From the NCBI GenBank assembly GCA_035448805.1, contig DAOTJR010000003.1, forward strand, positions 66,062 through 130,061: a DNA stretch of 64,000 nt. The letters run 5' to 3'. The position numbers were made by a program, and so were the translations under genes. This document shows positions 17,804 through 28,300 of the stretch, in pieces; position 1 is the first letter of the stretch; every line of letters starts with the position of its first letter. The notes below the pieces were generated by a model. That model did not search any database. It was not told the DNA's origin and worked only from the letters and a program-made list of their open reading frames with translations. Source of the stretch: Syntrophales bacterium. Lineage in GTDB: Bacteria > Desulfobacterota > Syntrophia > Syntrophales > UBA8958.

Positions 17804-19228
17804 TCAGGCTTCCGTATTTTCTCCCGCCAGGGCCCGGTGAATGGCCTGGGCGGCCTTGCGGCCCGCCCCCATGGCCAGGATGACGGTGGCGGACCCGGTG
17901 ACGATATCCCCCCCGGCATAGACGCCGGGACGGGTCGTCTCTCCCGATTCGCCCTTGACGACGATATAGCCCCGGCGGTTGGTCTCCAGGCCCGGCGTTG
18001 TCGCGGGGACGATGGGATTGGCCATGGTGCCCACGGCGACCACGACGGTATCCACCGCGATGACGAACTCCGAGCCGGGCACGGCGACGGGACTGCGGCG
18101 ACCCGAGGCGTCCGGTTCCCCCAGCTCCATGCGGAGGCACTTCACCCCCCGCACCCAGCCGCCCTCCCCCAGATACTCCACGGGGTTGGTCAGCAGATGG
18201 AACTGCACCCCCTCCTCTTTGGCGTGATGGACCTCCTCCTTCCGGGCGGGCATCTCCACCTCGCTGCGCCGATAGATGATAAAGGCGTTTTCCGCCCCGA
18301 GGCGCAGGGCCGTCCGCACCGAATCCATGGCCACGTTGCCGCCGCCGATGACGGCGACGTTCCTGCCCCGGACGATGGGGGTGTCGTATTCGGGGAAACG
18401 GTAGGCCTTCATGAGGTTCGAGCGGGTCAGGTATTCGTTGGCGGAATAGATGCCGCTGAGGTTTTCGCCGGGGATATTCATGAACACCGGTGCCCCGGCG
18501 CCGACCGCCACATAGACGGCGTCGAACCCCTCGGCAAACAGCTCGTCGATGGTCTTCAGGCGGCCGATCACGGCATTGACGACGATCTTGACGCCCAGGC
18601 GGCGGAGATAATCCACCTCGGCCTCGACGATGGCCTTGGGGAGACGGAACTCGGGGATCCCGTACACCAGGACGCCCCCGGCCTTGTGGAGGGCCTCGAA
18701 AACCGTGATGTCATAGCCGAGTTTCACGAGATCGCCGGCGATGGTCAGCCCGGACGGGCCGGCGCCGACGACCGCCACCTTCTTCCCGTTCGGGGGCGCG
18801 CATTCCGGAAGGGCGACCGCCCCGCTGCTCCGTTCGTAATCCGCAGCGAACCGCTCCAGACGCCCGATGGCCACCGGCTCCCCCTTCTTGCCCAAAATGC
18901 ACGTCTTCTCGCACTGGTCCTCCTGGGGGCAGACGCGGCCGCAGACCGCGGGGAGGCTGTTGGTTTCCTTCAGGGTCCGGGCGGCGCCCAGGAAATCGCC
19001 GGCGGCGATCTGCTTGATGAATTCGGGGATCTTTACATCCACCGGGCATCCCGCCACGCAACCCGGCTTCTTGCACTGGATACAGCGCGCCGCTTCCCGC
19101 ATGGCCGTTTCCGGGGGATAACCGAGGGGCACTTCATCGAAATTCCCGATCCGCTTCCCGGGGTCCTGCTCCGGCATGGCCTGGCGGGGGATCTTCTCTT
19201 TTTTGGGTTTCTCTGTATTTCCTTCCAT
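17804..19228 (-). CDS. nfnB: NfnB-type NADPH-binding FAD/Fe-S subunit (GltD family)
   Basis: 474 aa. N-terminal Cys clusters, KKVAVVGAGPSGLT, VAVIGGGNVAMD, GVYAGGDIVTG. Lies downstream of an NfnA-type gene. Confidence 0.85.
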   Translation of the reverse strand: MEGNTEKPKKEKIPRQAMPEQDPGKRIGNFDEVPLGYPPETAMREAARCIQCKKPGCVAGCPVDVKIPEFIKQIAAGDFLGAARTLKETNSLPAVCGRVCPQEDQCEKTCILGKKGEPVAIGRLERFAADYERSSGAVALPECAPPNGKKVAVVGAGPSGLTIAGDLVKLGYDITVFEALHKAGGVLVYGIPEFRLPKAIVEAEVDYLRRLGVKIVVNAVIGRLKTIDELFAEGFDAVYVAVGAGAPVFMNIPGENLSGIYSANEYLTRSNLMKAYRFPEYDTPIVRGRNVAVIGGGNVAMDSVRTALRLGAENAFIIYRRSEVEMPARKEEVHHAKEEGVQFHLLTNPVEYLGEGGWVRGVKCLRMELGEPDASGRRSPVAVPGSEFVIAVDTVVVAVGTMANPIVPATTPGLETNRRGYIVVKGESGETTRPGVYAGGDIVTGSATVILAMGAGRKAAQAIHRALAGENTEA

Positions 19229-19363
19229 CTCTTCCTCATCGAGCCGCTGCCGATTACCGGTCCTTAAGGCCGCGGCCTCCCCGGGTGCAAAAACGATACC
19301 GCCGGGCCCCGCAACGAGAAGCCCCGGACCCGGGATCCCCGGGGAAACCCGGCGCCGTGCTCC

Positions 19364-20200
19364 TCAATTTCCCTGCCAGCCGCACCGGTGCCGTTCGTAG
19401 GACTGCCCTTCCTGCTCACAGTACATGCGGAGCCGGCTCGTAAGCAGATCGAAATCCACCTCATGACCGTCGAACTCCGGTCCGTCCACGCAGGTGAATT
19501 TCGTCTTCCCTCCCACGGCGACCCGGCAGGCCCCGCACATCCCCGTGGCATCCACCATGATGGCGTTGAGGCTGACGATGGTCTTGATCCCGTAGGGCCG
19601 GGTGAGGTTGGCGATGACCTTCATCATCGGAACGGGACCGATGGCGAAGACGCGGTCGATCTTTTCCCCGCCGTCAATAATCCCCTGGAGGACATTGCTG
19701 ACAAAACCGTGGACGCCGTAACTGCCGTCGTCGGTGGCCACGACGAGTTTGTCGCTCGCCGCCCGCATCTCCTCCTCCAGGATGATCAGGGACCTGTTCC
19801 GGGCCCCGATGATGGAGGTGACCCGGTTGCCCGCATCCTTGAGGGCCCTGGTGATGGGATAGATGACCCCCACCCCCACACCGCCGCCGATACAGACCAC
19901 GTGGCCGTAGTTCTCGATCTCAGTGGGATTGCCCAGGGGGCCCTGGACATCCTGGATCTCGTCCCCTACGGCGAGTTCGGACATGAGGGCCGTGGTCTTG
20001 CCCACGATCTGGTAGATGATCGTCACGGTTCCCTTTTCCCCGTCGGAATCCACAATGGTCAGGGGTATCCGCTCTCCCCGCTCGTTCACCTTGAGAACGA
20101 GAAACTGACCCGGCCGGCGCTTCCGGGCGATCTCCGGCGCCTCCAGGTCCATCCGGACCACGCTGTCCGAAAGTTGTTCCTTGTAAACGATCCTGCTCAA
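19364..20200 (-). CDS. nfnA: NfnA-type subunit (PyrK-like FAD/[2Fe-2S] protein)
   Basis: 278 aa. Collinear by eye with Thermotoga NfnA (GERIPLTI, GGGVGVG, DDGSYG, GMCGACRV...CVDGPEF). Confidence 0.85.
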   Translation of the reverse strand: MSRIVYKEQLSDSVVRMDLEAPEIARKRRPGQFLVLKVNERGERIPLTIVDSDGEKGTVTIIYQIVGKTTALMSELAVGDEIQDVQGPLGNPTEIENYGHVVCIGGGVGVGVIYPITRALKDAGNRVTSIIGARNRSLIILEEEMRAASDKLVVATDDGSYGVHGFVSNVLQGIIDGGEKIDRVFAIGPVPMMKVIANLTRPYGIKTIVSLNAIMVDATGMCGACRVAVGGKTKFTCVDGPEFDGHEVDFDLLTSRLRMYCEQEGQSYERHRCGWQGN

Positions 20201-20297
20201 GAATTGACTCCTTTTTTGCTGTGCTCAGATGCGCAGAAGGAGCCGGCCGGGCTCCTTCTGATCAACCATGGAATATGGGAAACTGTTTGCGACGCGG

Positions 20298-21137
20298 TTA
20301 AAAATCCCTTGTCAGTTTATCCAGTTCGGCGAAGGTGAACACGGGCCCGTCCTTGCAGACATACTTGCTCCCCACGTTGCAGCGGCCGCATTTGCCGATG
20401 CCGCATTTCATCCGCATCTCCAGGGAGGTGATGATGTTCTCCTTGGAGAAACCGAGTTCGAAGAATACGGGGAGGGTGAAGCGGATCATGATGGGGGGGC
20501 CGCAGATGACCGTCACGGCGTTTTCCGGGCTGGGACCCACCTCCTTGCAGACCGTGGGCACAAAGCCTTCCCGGCCCTTCCAGTTGGCGTCACCCTTGTC
20601 CACCGTTACGTTCAGATCGATGTCGTCCCTTTTACTCCAGGCCTCCAACTCGTCTTTGTAAATGAGAAGTCCCGGATTACGGGCGCCGTAAACCACGGTG
20701 ATCTTTCCGAAACGCTTCCGGTTGTCGCCGAAGGTCATGTAATTGATCAGGGAGCGGAGGGTCGTAAAGGCAAAACCGCCGCCGACGATGACGACGTTCT
20801 TCCCCTCGAGATATTCTATGGGCCAGGAATTTCCCAGGGGCCCCCGGAGTCCCATTCGGGTTCCCACCTCCATCTCGTGGAGGGCCGAGGTGACGACGCC
20901 CGCCTTCTGGACCGTGAATTCCACATAGCCCGGCTGAGTCGGCGAAGAGGCGATGCCGATGGGTGACTCCCCCTTGCCGAAAAGGGACAACTCGGCGAAC
21001 TGGCCGGGGATATACTTGAATTTCTCCTCGTCTTCCTTGTTCACGAAGGCCAGACGGAAGGTCTTGATATCCTTCGTATCCACCTCGGTGACGATCTTTA
21101 TGACCTCGACAGGATAGGGTATGTAGGGGTTTTGCAT
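20298..21137 (-). CDS. FlxA-like FAD/NAD(P)-binding [2Fe-2S] oxidoreductase (sulfhydrogenase gamma / AsrB-like)
   Basis: 279 aa. FNR-like fold (GQFAEL, ESPIGIAS, VVIVGGGFA) and C-terminal CGIGKCGRCNVGSKYVCKDGPVF. Confidence 0.7.
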   Translation of the reverse strand: MQNPYIPYPVEVIKIVTEVDTKDIKTFRLAFVNKEDEEKFKYIPGQFAELSLFGKGESPIGIASSPTQPGYVEFTVQKAGVVTSALHEMEVGTRMGLRGPLGNSWPIEYLEGKNVVIVGGGFAFTTLRSLINYMTFGDNRKRFGKITVVYGARNPGLLIYKDELEAWSKRDDIDLNVTVDKGDANWKGREGFVPTVCKEVGPSPENAVTVICGPPIMIRFTLPVFFELGFSKENIITSLEMRMKCGIGKCGRCNVGSKYVCKDGPVFTFAELDKLTRDF

Positions 21138-21152
21138 GACTTTCTCCCAGCT

Positions 21153-22175
21153 CTATAGTTTCGATATATCGGTGACGATCTTCCGGATGTCGATATTGAC
21201 GGGACAGTACATGACGCAGCGGCCGCATCCCACACAGGCAATGGCGTTGAAATTCTCCGGGTAGTAACTGAATTTGTGCATCGCCCGCTGGCGCCACCGC
21301 TCCTTCTGAGTGGGGCGGGGATTGTGCCCCGACGTTTCCTTGGTGAACATGGGGAACATGCAGGAATCCCAGTTGCGCAGACGCCGGCCGTCGCTCCTTA
21401 TCATCTCGTCGGAGATGTCGAAGCAATGGCAGGTGGGACACAGGAAGGTGCAGGTTCCGCAGGCCAGACAGCGCTGATGGACGGTGTTCCAGAAGGGGCT
21501 GTTGAAGTTGGCGTCCATGATCGGTTTGACTTCCCGGCCGGGGATGTGGGATTTGATCTCCGCCGCCGCCTGAGCGGCGATGGCTTCCTTCTTCGCCTCG
21601 GCGGCGGCATCGGCCTTATCGCCGCCGAAATGACCCAGGAGTTTCTCCCCCTTGGGGGTGATGAATTCCGCCAGATAATTGTCTCCCAGATCGGTGAGCA
21701 GGACGTCCGCCCCGTCGGCGGCCACGGGATGACCGTCCACGGAGGTGCAAAAACAGGTCGCATAGGGGGGATGAACGCAGGCCAGGGCGACGATCGTGGT
21801 CTTTTCCCGCTTGTCGATGTAATAGGGATCCCGGTATTTCTCCTGATCGAAGAGCATATCCAGCAGGACATAGCTTCGGGCGTCACAGGGCCGGATGCCG
21901 AAGAGGACCGCTTGCTCCGCCTCTGTCTGACCGGCGGTGAATTCCACGCCTTTAGGCGTCCGGGTATAGCGCAGCATGACCTCGCTGCGGGGAAAGAAGA
22001 AATTCTTGGGGGCGTTTTTGCTGTTGGCATAACTCAGGAACGCCTCCTCCCCTTTCTCCAGCGCCTTGAAGAGGACATTGTCTTCCACCTTCACCGGGGC
22101 AAAAACTGTTGCCTCTTGAGCGATCTTCCCGATGATCCCTGTCAGAGCGTCTTTTTTGATCAACCGTTTTTCCAT
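21153..22175 (-). CDS. FlxB-like 4Fe-4S protein (sulfhydrogenase beta / AsrA-like)
   Basis: ATG at 22175 (MEKRLIKKD). Cluster motifs CLACGTCTFLCPTCHCFD and CVGCGRCVMYCPVNI. 15 nt upstream of the FlxA-like gene. Confidence 0.7.
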   Translation of the reverse strand: MEKRLIKKDALTGIIGKIAQEATVFAPVKVEDNVLFKALEKGEEAFLSYANSKNAPKNFFFPRSEVMLRYTRTPKGVEFTAGQTEAEQAVLFGIRPCDARSYVLLDMLFDQEKYRDPYYIDKREKTTIVALACVHPPYATCFCTSVDGHPVAADGADVLLTDLGDNYLAEFITPKGEKLLGHFGGDKADAAAEAKKEAIAAQAAAEIKSHIPGREVKPIMDANFNSPFWNTVHQRCLACGTCTFLCPTCHCFDISDEMIRSDGRRLRNWDSCMFPMFTKETSGHNPRPTQKERWRQRAMHKFSYYPENFNAIACVGCGRCVMYCPVNIDIRKIVTDISKL

Positions 22176-22213
22176 ATCGTCCTTCAGTATGAGAATTTTT
22201 GGATATATTATTC

Positions 22214-23065
22214 TTAAAGGAGCCCGAGGCTGCTCACCAGCGGTACGGGGTCCACATTGTGCAGTTTGAGCCACCCGGCGGTCCCCGGCAGACCCAGGGA
22301 CAGCGAGACGAGTTCCGTGAAGTAGAACACCGGCAGCCGCAGATTCTCACTGGCCCGGGCATCGAGATTGGCCATACAGACCGGACAGGCGGTGACGACG
22401 CAGTTGGCCCCGGCCTCCCGGGCCATGGTCATGAGCTTGTCCACCAGCTTTCCGACGATATCCGTCCGGCTGATGGTGAGACTGCCGCCACAGCAGTCCG
22501 TCTTGTAGGACCAGTTTTTCACGTCCGCCCCCAAGGTGGCGAGAATCTCGTCCAGCATATAGGGATTTTCGTAATTCTCGAAGTTGCAGACCTCGGGGGG
22601 ACGGACGAGGAGGCAACCGTAATAGGACACGGGCCGAAGCCCGGTGAGCTTCTTGACCACCTTGGCCTTCAGGACGTCCAGACCGATGTCGTTATAGAGG
22701 ATGTCGATGGGATTCTTGACGCTCAGTCCCGAAACGTATTTCTGTCCCACGACAGCTTCCACCTCCGTCTTGAGGCCCTGATCGTGTTCGAGATGGTGCT
22801 GGGCCGACTTGAAACGGTTGAAGCAGGCCGCGCAGGGCACCATGATCTCTTTGGGTTCCCCCTTCCCGGCGATCATGAGATTCCGGGCGGGGAGGGCCAC
22901 GGAGAGCTTGAAATTAGTCGCATGGCCGGAGGTGGCGCCGCAACAGGACCAATCGTCGAGTTCCTTCAGCTCGATCCCCAGGGCGCGACTCATGGCCTTG
23001 ACGGACTGATCGTATTCTTTCGCCGTCCCGTGTAGGGAACATCCCGGATAATATGAAACTTTCAA
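22214..23065 (-). CDS. hdrB: Heterodisulfide reductase subunit B
   Basis: TTG at 23065 is preceded by AAGGAGG; the longer tracked ORF would overlap hdrC. YYPGCSL start and two CCG-domain motifs (DWSCCGATS, TDCCGGS). Confidence 0.85.
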   Translation of the reverse strand: MKVSYYPGCSLHGTAKEYDQSVKAMSRALGIELKELDDWSCCGATSGHATNFKLSVALPARNLMIAGKGEPKEIMVPCAACFNRFKSAQHHLEHDQGLKTEVEAVVGQKYVSGLSVKNPIDILYNDIGLDVLKAKVVKKLTGLRPVSYYGCLLVRPPEVCNFENYENPYMLDEILATLGADVKNWSYKTDCCGGSLTISRTDIVGKLVDKLMTMAREAGANCVVTACPVCMANLDARASENLRLPVFYFTELVSLSLGLPGTAGWLKLHNVDPVPLVSSLGLL

Positions 23066-23093
23066 CACTTCCTCCTTGCTGTCGCTTGCCGCG

Positions 23094-23621
23094 TCACGCG
23101 TTTTTCGTTTTGTCGAATATCTTCCGGACCGCATCGAGATCCCGGGTCTTGGGCGAGAACAGAGACAATTTGCCCTTCATGAACATGGAAATGCCCATGC
23201 CCATATCGGAGAAGAGATCCCCGGATTTGAGCTTGTAGTCCACCATCATAAACGGTTCGTTGATCCGTCCCCGGGATTTGATGCTGGCCAGGAACGCCTC
23301 GTGGAAGGAGAGAACGTTCTTTTCCTTCGCCCCGATGCCGGCGGCGATGGCCATTTCCCGGAGGACGTCCATCATGCGGGCGATATCCACCTCGTTGGGG
23401 CAGCGGGTGATGCAGGTTTCACAGGATGCGCAGAGCCAGATGGTGGAACTTCCCAGGACTTCGTTTTTCATCCCCATCTGGATCATCCTGATGACCTTGT
23501 TGGGGTTGTGTTCCATGGCGAAGGCCAGGGGACACCCGGCGGTGCACTTCCGGCAGTGATAGCAGCGCTGCAGGGGCACGCCGTTGATCTTTTCGTTTAC
23601 TTCTTCCAGAAAGGTCTTCAT
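23094..23621 (-). CDS. hdrC: Heterodisulfide reductase subunit C
   Basis: 175 aa. CYHCRKCTAGCP and CASCETCITRCP ferredoxin motifs with the typical HdrC spacing. Confidence 0.85.
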   Translation of the reverse strand: MKTFLEEVNEKINGVPLQRCYHCRKCTAGCPLAFAMEHNPNKVIRMIQMGMKNEVLGSSTIWLCASCETCITRCPNEVDIARMMDVLREMAIAAGIGAKEKNVLSFHEAFLASIKSRGRINEPFMMVDYKLKSGDLFSDMGMGISMFMKGKLSLFSPKTRDLDAVRKIFDKTKNA

Positions 23622-23704
23622 GTTGACTCCATTCGCCGTTTGTTCATCCTCGGTCCAGGGCGGGCCGCCGCAGGCGCTGACCGGTACCCTGTTACCGTTG
23701 ATCT

Positions 23705-24715
23705 TTAGGGGTTATAGATAAATTCTTCCGGGTCGTGCTCCTTGAAGGTGGAAAGGGGCGGCGGATCGTCGAGGGAGGCGCCGGCCCGGTTGCCGAAGAA
23801 GTCGAAGGCGTCCTTGTCGAGCTTCTTGAGGAATTTTCTCAAATCCACCCCCATGGGACAGACGGAGATACAGGAACCGCAGTCCACGCAACGTCCCACC
23901 ATGTGGTACAGCCGCATGAACTGGAACACCTGGGTATCCGTGGCATCCTCACCGAGACCCACCCACTGGGGCTGGGTCTGCTCGACGAAACATATTTTGC
24001 AGTAACAGGAAGGACAGGCCTGGCGGCAGGCGTAACACCGGATGCACTTGGACATCTCCTTGGTGAAATATGCCCAGCGTTCCTCCGTGGGCAGGTTGGC
24101 GAAGGCCTCCACCTCGGCGTATTCCTCCGCCGCCCCCGCCATGGCCGGTGCCGGCTCGCCGATCATGACGTCGCTGATGACCGGGTTGTTGAACTTGCAG
24201 GTCCGGCAATTGTCCGCCAGGACGTCCGCCAGGGGAACCTCCTTCTGCCCCGCCGCCGTCTGGATGACCAGTTTGTCTCCCGACAGGGATCCCTCCCGGA
24301 TGTCCGCGCCGTCCAGAACCGCCGTCAGGGCCTTGCGATCCACATAACCGGTGCAGGGCACGCCGATGATCACCACCTCATCCCGCCCGTACTGCCGCTC
24401 CTGAAGATGGAGCACCAGGGAACGGGTGGTGCAGCCCCGGGCCACTACGCCCACCACCTTTTTCTTCCGGTCCTCCGGTTTGACCCGTTTCTGGGCCTCC
24501 CGGTGCTGGGAGATCAGGTCATGAACATACTTGGCCAGATTCTGGGTACAAAAGGCGTTCCAGACGAGTTTGTCCGCATCCTCCGGATTCGTGATGAAAC
24601 AGGGCGTCGCCGTCAGGGGCAGGGTGCCCGCCTCGTAACCCACCAAGGCATCCACCCTCTTTTCCTCCAGGAGCCGTTTTGCCTCTTCCCTTAGCTTTTT
24701 CTCGATGTTTTCCAC
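23705..24715 (-). CDS. FlxC-like iron-sulfur protein (FrhB/FdhB-like N-terminal part plus 2x[4Fe-4S])
   Basis: 336 aa. CIRCYACRQACPSCYC and CVDCGSCISVCPMG. Located between the MvhD-like gene and hdrC. Confidence 0.55.
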   Translation of the reverse strand: MENIEKKLREEAKRLLEEKRVDALVGYEAGTLPLTATPCFITNPEDADKLVWNAFCTQNLAKYVHDLISQHREAQKRVKPEDRKKKVVGVVARGCTTRSLVLHLQERQYGRDEVVIIGVPCTGYVDRKALTAVLDGADIREGSLSGDKLVIQTAAGQKEVPLADVLADNCRTCKFNNPVISDVMIGEPAPAMAGAAEEYAEVEAFANLPTEERWAYFTKEMSKCIRCYACRQACPSCYCKICFVEQTQPQWVGLGEDATDTQVFQFMRLYHMVGRCVDCGSCISVCPMGVDLRKFLKKLDKDAFDFFGNRAGASLDDPPPLSTFKEHDPEEFIYNP

Positions 24716-24801
24716 TTTATATGAATCCTCGAATTTGTATTTTCTTTATGGCACGGCCGACGCCGGTTCGGTCGCCGCGCCCGGCATCCTCAAAACGGTC
24801 T

Positions 24802-25239
24802 TTACAGGTTCTTCACCAGCTTCGTCGCCGGACCGAGGGCTTGGACCTTGGCGGTTACACCCTTGATGACATTGGCGAAACGTTCTCCCTCCGAGGCGGA
24901 AATCCAGGTAAAGATCGCCCGGTCACCTTCCACGCCGATGTAGTCCAGGAAACTTTTCAACGTCGCAAACTTGCGGCGCGCCACCATATTTCCTGAAATG
25001 TAGTGGCATTCACCGGGGTGTCAACCGGAAACCAGCACGCCGTCGGCCCCCGTCTGCAGGGCCTTCACGACGTAAAAGGGGTTGATCCTTCCCGTGCAGG
25101 GGACACGCACGATGCGCACGTTCGGCGGATACTGAATCCTGCTGATGCCGGCCAGATCGGCGCCCGCGTAAGTGCACCAGTTGCAGACGATGGCGACGAT
25201 CTTGGGCACCCACTCCTTGTTTGCTACACTTTCACCCAT
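24802..25239 (-). CDS. MvhD/FlxD-like [2Fe-2S] protein with an in-frame TGA read as selenocysteine (145 aa)
   Basis: Tracked ORFs 25021..25239 and 24802..24987 are in the same frame, separated only by TGA (25021-25023) plus 11 sense codons. The joined sequence reads [17 protein letters not shown], where MvhD proteins have GCHx[18 protein letters not shown] is at the N terminus. Confidence 0.8.
24980..25007 (-). promoter_or_regulatory. SECIS-like hairpin downstream of the in-frame UGA
   Basis: 13 nt after the UGA, GCCACUACAUUU-CAGG-AAAUAUGGUGGC folds into about 11 pairs (one mismatch, one G-U) with a 4-nt apical loop containing GG. Confidence 0.5.
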
Positions 25240-25345
25240 ATATTCTCCTTCCCGTGGCTAGGCGGCCTTGGCGGCCGTTGACCTTAGTTAGCAACCCACG
25301 CCACCAAGGCGGCGCTTTATCAAAGAGTAAATCCGGGGAACTTAC

Positions 25346-28300
25346 TCAGAAGATATTGTATATCTGCTCCAGCTCTTCTTCGTTGGTGAAACCGTTGAGA
25401 TCCACGGCGTTCATCCGGCACGAGGCCGTACACACCCCGCAGCCCTTGCACAGCACCGTGTTCACCTCCGCACAGGCCTCCACGACGTTCACGGAAATGG
25501 CGCCGAAGGGGCAGTTCTGTTCACAGAGACCGCAGGCGGCGCAACGCTCCTTGTTCACGTAGGCCGTCTTGCCCTCCGCCTCGATGAAATCCTTCGTGAG
25601 GATGGTGCTGGCCCGGGACACCGCGGCGTTGGCCTGGACAATGGCGTCCTCGCTGAGCTTCGGGGCATGGGCCATGCCGCACATGAAGACGCCGTCGGTG
25701 GCGAAATCCACGGGACGGAGCTTCACATGGGCCTCGAGGAAGAAGCCGTCCTGGTTCGTGGGCACCTTGAGCATCTTGCCGATTTCCTCGTTTTCCGGGT
25801 TGGGCACGGTACCGACGCTCAAGGCCAGGAGATCCGTCTTGAACTCCACCGGGGCGTTCATGACGGGATCGAAGACCCGGAGGGAGAGTTGGTCGCCCTG
25901 CTGGATCACCTCCGGCTTCCGGTCCTCGTCATAGCGGATGAACCGGACGTTCAGCTCCCGGGCCTTCTTGTAGTAGTCCTCTTTCAGGCCGAAGGTACGG
26001 ATGTCGCGGTAGACGATGGTGACCTCCCGGGTCGGATCCAGCTCCTTGAGCTTCAGGGCGTTCTTCATGGCCTCGGAACAGCAGTAACGGCTGCAGTAGG
26101 GCCGTTCGGGAATCCGGGAGCCCACGCACTGGATCATGGTCACGCTGCGGGCCTTGAGGGCCTTGTCTTCCTTTTCGGCAATGAGCTTTTCCAACTCCCG
26201 CTGGGTGACGACCTGGGAAGACTGACCGTAGAGATACTCCTTGGTTTCCAACTCATAACCGCCGGTGGCCACGATGACCACGCCGTGCTCGAACTGCTCT
26301 TCCCCGTCCCGGGTGGTGATGGTGGTCTTGTAGTTGCCGATGAAGCCTTCGATTTTCTTGATGGTCGCCCCGGTGTAGGCATGGATGAGCTTGCTGGCCT
26401 GAACCCTGTCCAAAAGGGACTTCAGATGCTTGCGGGTGTCCAGTCCTTCCAGGGTGTAATAGAGTTTCCGGTAATTGCCTCCCAGGACCGGCTCCTTCTC
26501 CACGATGTAGGACTCGTAGCCCTGATCGGCCAGGGAGAGGGCCGCCGTGATGCCGGCCAGGCCGCCGCCGATGATGAGGGTGGCGTGGTTGACAGTCAAC
26601 TGCCCCGGTTTCAGGGGCTTGAGGAACTGGGCCTTGGCGACGGCCATCCGCACGAGATCCTTGGCCTTTTCCGTGGCCTCCTCGGGTTCGTGCATGTGCA
26701 CCCAGGAGTTCTGATCGCGGATGTTGGCCATCTCGAAGAGGTAGCGGTTGAGCCCCGCCTTTTCACAGTTCTCCTGGAAGAGCCCTTCGTGGGTCCGGGG
26801 GGAGCAGGAGGCCACGACCACCCGGGTAAGGTTCTGTTCCTTGATCACCTCGCCCATCTTCACCGCCGTATCCTGGGAACAGGTGAAAAGGTTGTCCGTG
26901 GCGAAGACGACGTTGGGCAGGGTCTTGCAGTATTCCACCACCTCGGGGACATTGACAACGCCGCCGATGTTGATGCCGCAGTGACACACGAAGACGCCGG
27001 TCCGGGGGCCGAGGCCCCGGAGATCGGATTCCAGAGGCAGCTCTTCCTCCGTGATCATCGTCCCCCGCCGGGCGGCCAGGATCCCCGCCGCGCAGGCCGC
27101 GGCGCCGCTGGCTTCCATAACCGTCTCGGGGATGTCCTTGGGGCCGCCGAAAGCGCCGCACACAAAGACACCGTTCCGGGTGGTCTCCACCGGGTTCTCC
27201 AGGGCGGTCTTGCAGAAGCCGTGCTCCTCGAGTTCGATCCCCAGGGCCTGGGCCAGCGCCGCCGCCTCCGGGGGCGGGCAGAGGCCCACGGAGAGGACCA
27301 CCATGTCGAACTCCTCTTCGATAAGGCTGCCGTCCTCCTGGACGTATTTCAAAAGCAGGTTCTTGGACTGCTGCAGTTCTTTGATCGTCGAGGGCATGGA
27401 GCGGATGTAGCGGATCCCGTATTCGTCCTTCGCCCGGTTGACGAAGCGGTCGAAATCCTTGCCGTGGGCCCGGATATCCATGAAGAAGATCGTGGGTTCG
27501 AGTTCCTTGGCGTGTTCCTTGCCGATGATGGCCTCCTTGGTGGCATACATGCAGCAGACGGAGGAGCACCAACTGTTGCCGCAGGAGGTGTCCCGGGAAC
27601 CGACACACTGGATGAAGGCGATCTTCTTCGGCTCCCGACCGTCGGAGATGCGCTGGACATGGCCGAAATAGGGCCCCGAGGCGGAGAGGATCCGCTCGAA
27701 CTGGATGCTGGTGACCACGTTCTGGTAAATCCCGAAGCCGTATTCGCCCCGGAGCCGGGCGTCGAAAACCTCGAAACCCGGCGCGGCAATGACGGCGCCG
27801 ACTTCGATGGTCTCCTCCTCGAAGGTATCGTCATGATTGATCGCCCCGGCGATACAGGCCTCGACGCACTGATAGCATTCCGAGCAGATCCCGCAGGCAA
27901 GGCAGCGCTTGGCTTCCGCCACGGCCTCTTCCTCGGTGAAGCCGATACCCACCTCCTGGAAGTTCGTTCTCCGGTCTTCCGGTTTCATGTGGGGGTATTT
28001 CCTCCGCGGGACCTTCGCGACCTTGGAGACGTCGGCCTTGTCGGCCAGCCCCTTGGTCCAGTCCTTCGCCCGGCCCGCCGCCACGTCTTCGCCCCGGAGA
28101 TACCGGTCGATGGAAACCGCCGCCTCCTTGCCGGCATAGACGGCCTTCACCACCGTCGCGGGACCGGTAACCACGTCGCCGCCGGCAAAGACACCCGGGG
28201 TGGTCGTGGCGAACGTCACCGGATCGACTTCGAAATTTTTCCACTTGTTGATGGAAATGCCGCTCTCTTTGGGAACGAAATCGAGGTCCGCCTCCTGGCC

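Noticed and set aside
22214-23134. The longer 306-aa version of hdrB starting at 23134. Similar N-terminal ORF extensions exist for rpoD (to 42533), atpE paralog 1 (to 4626), fcl (from 10172), hisA (to 46010), hisI (to 48857), livG (to 58495), the FlxB-like gene (to 22274) and the family 3 binding protein (to 63006).
   Set aside because: The extensions overlap upstream genes or lack an RBS, and they add non-homologous residues. Internal starts with good Shine-Dalgarno sequences reproduce the family-typical N termini.
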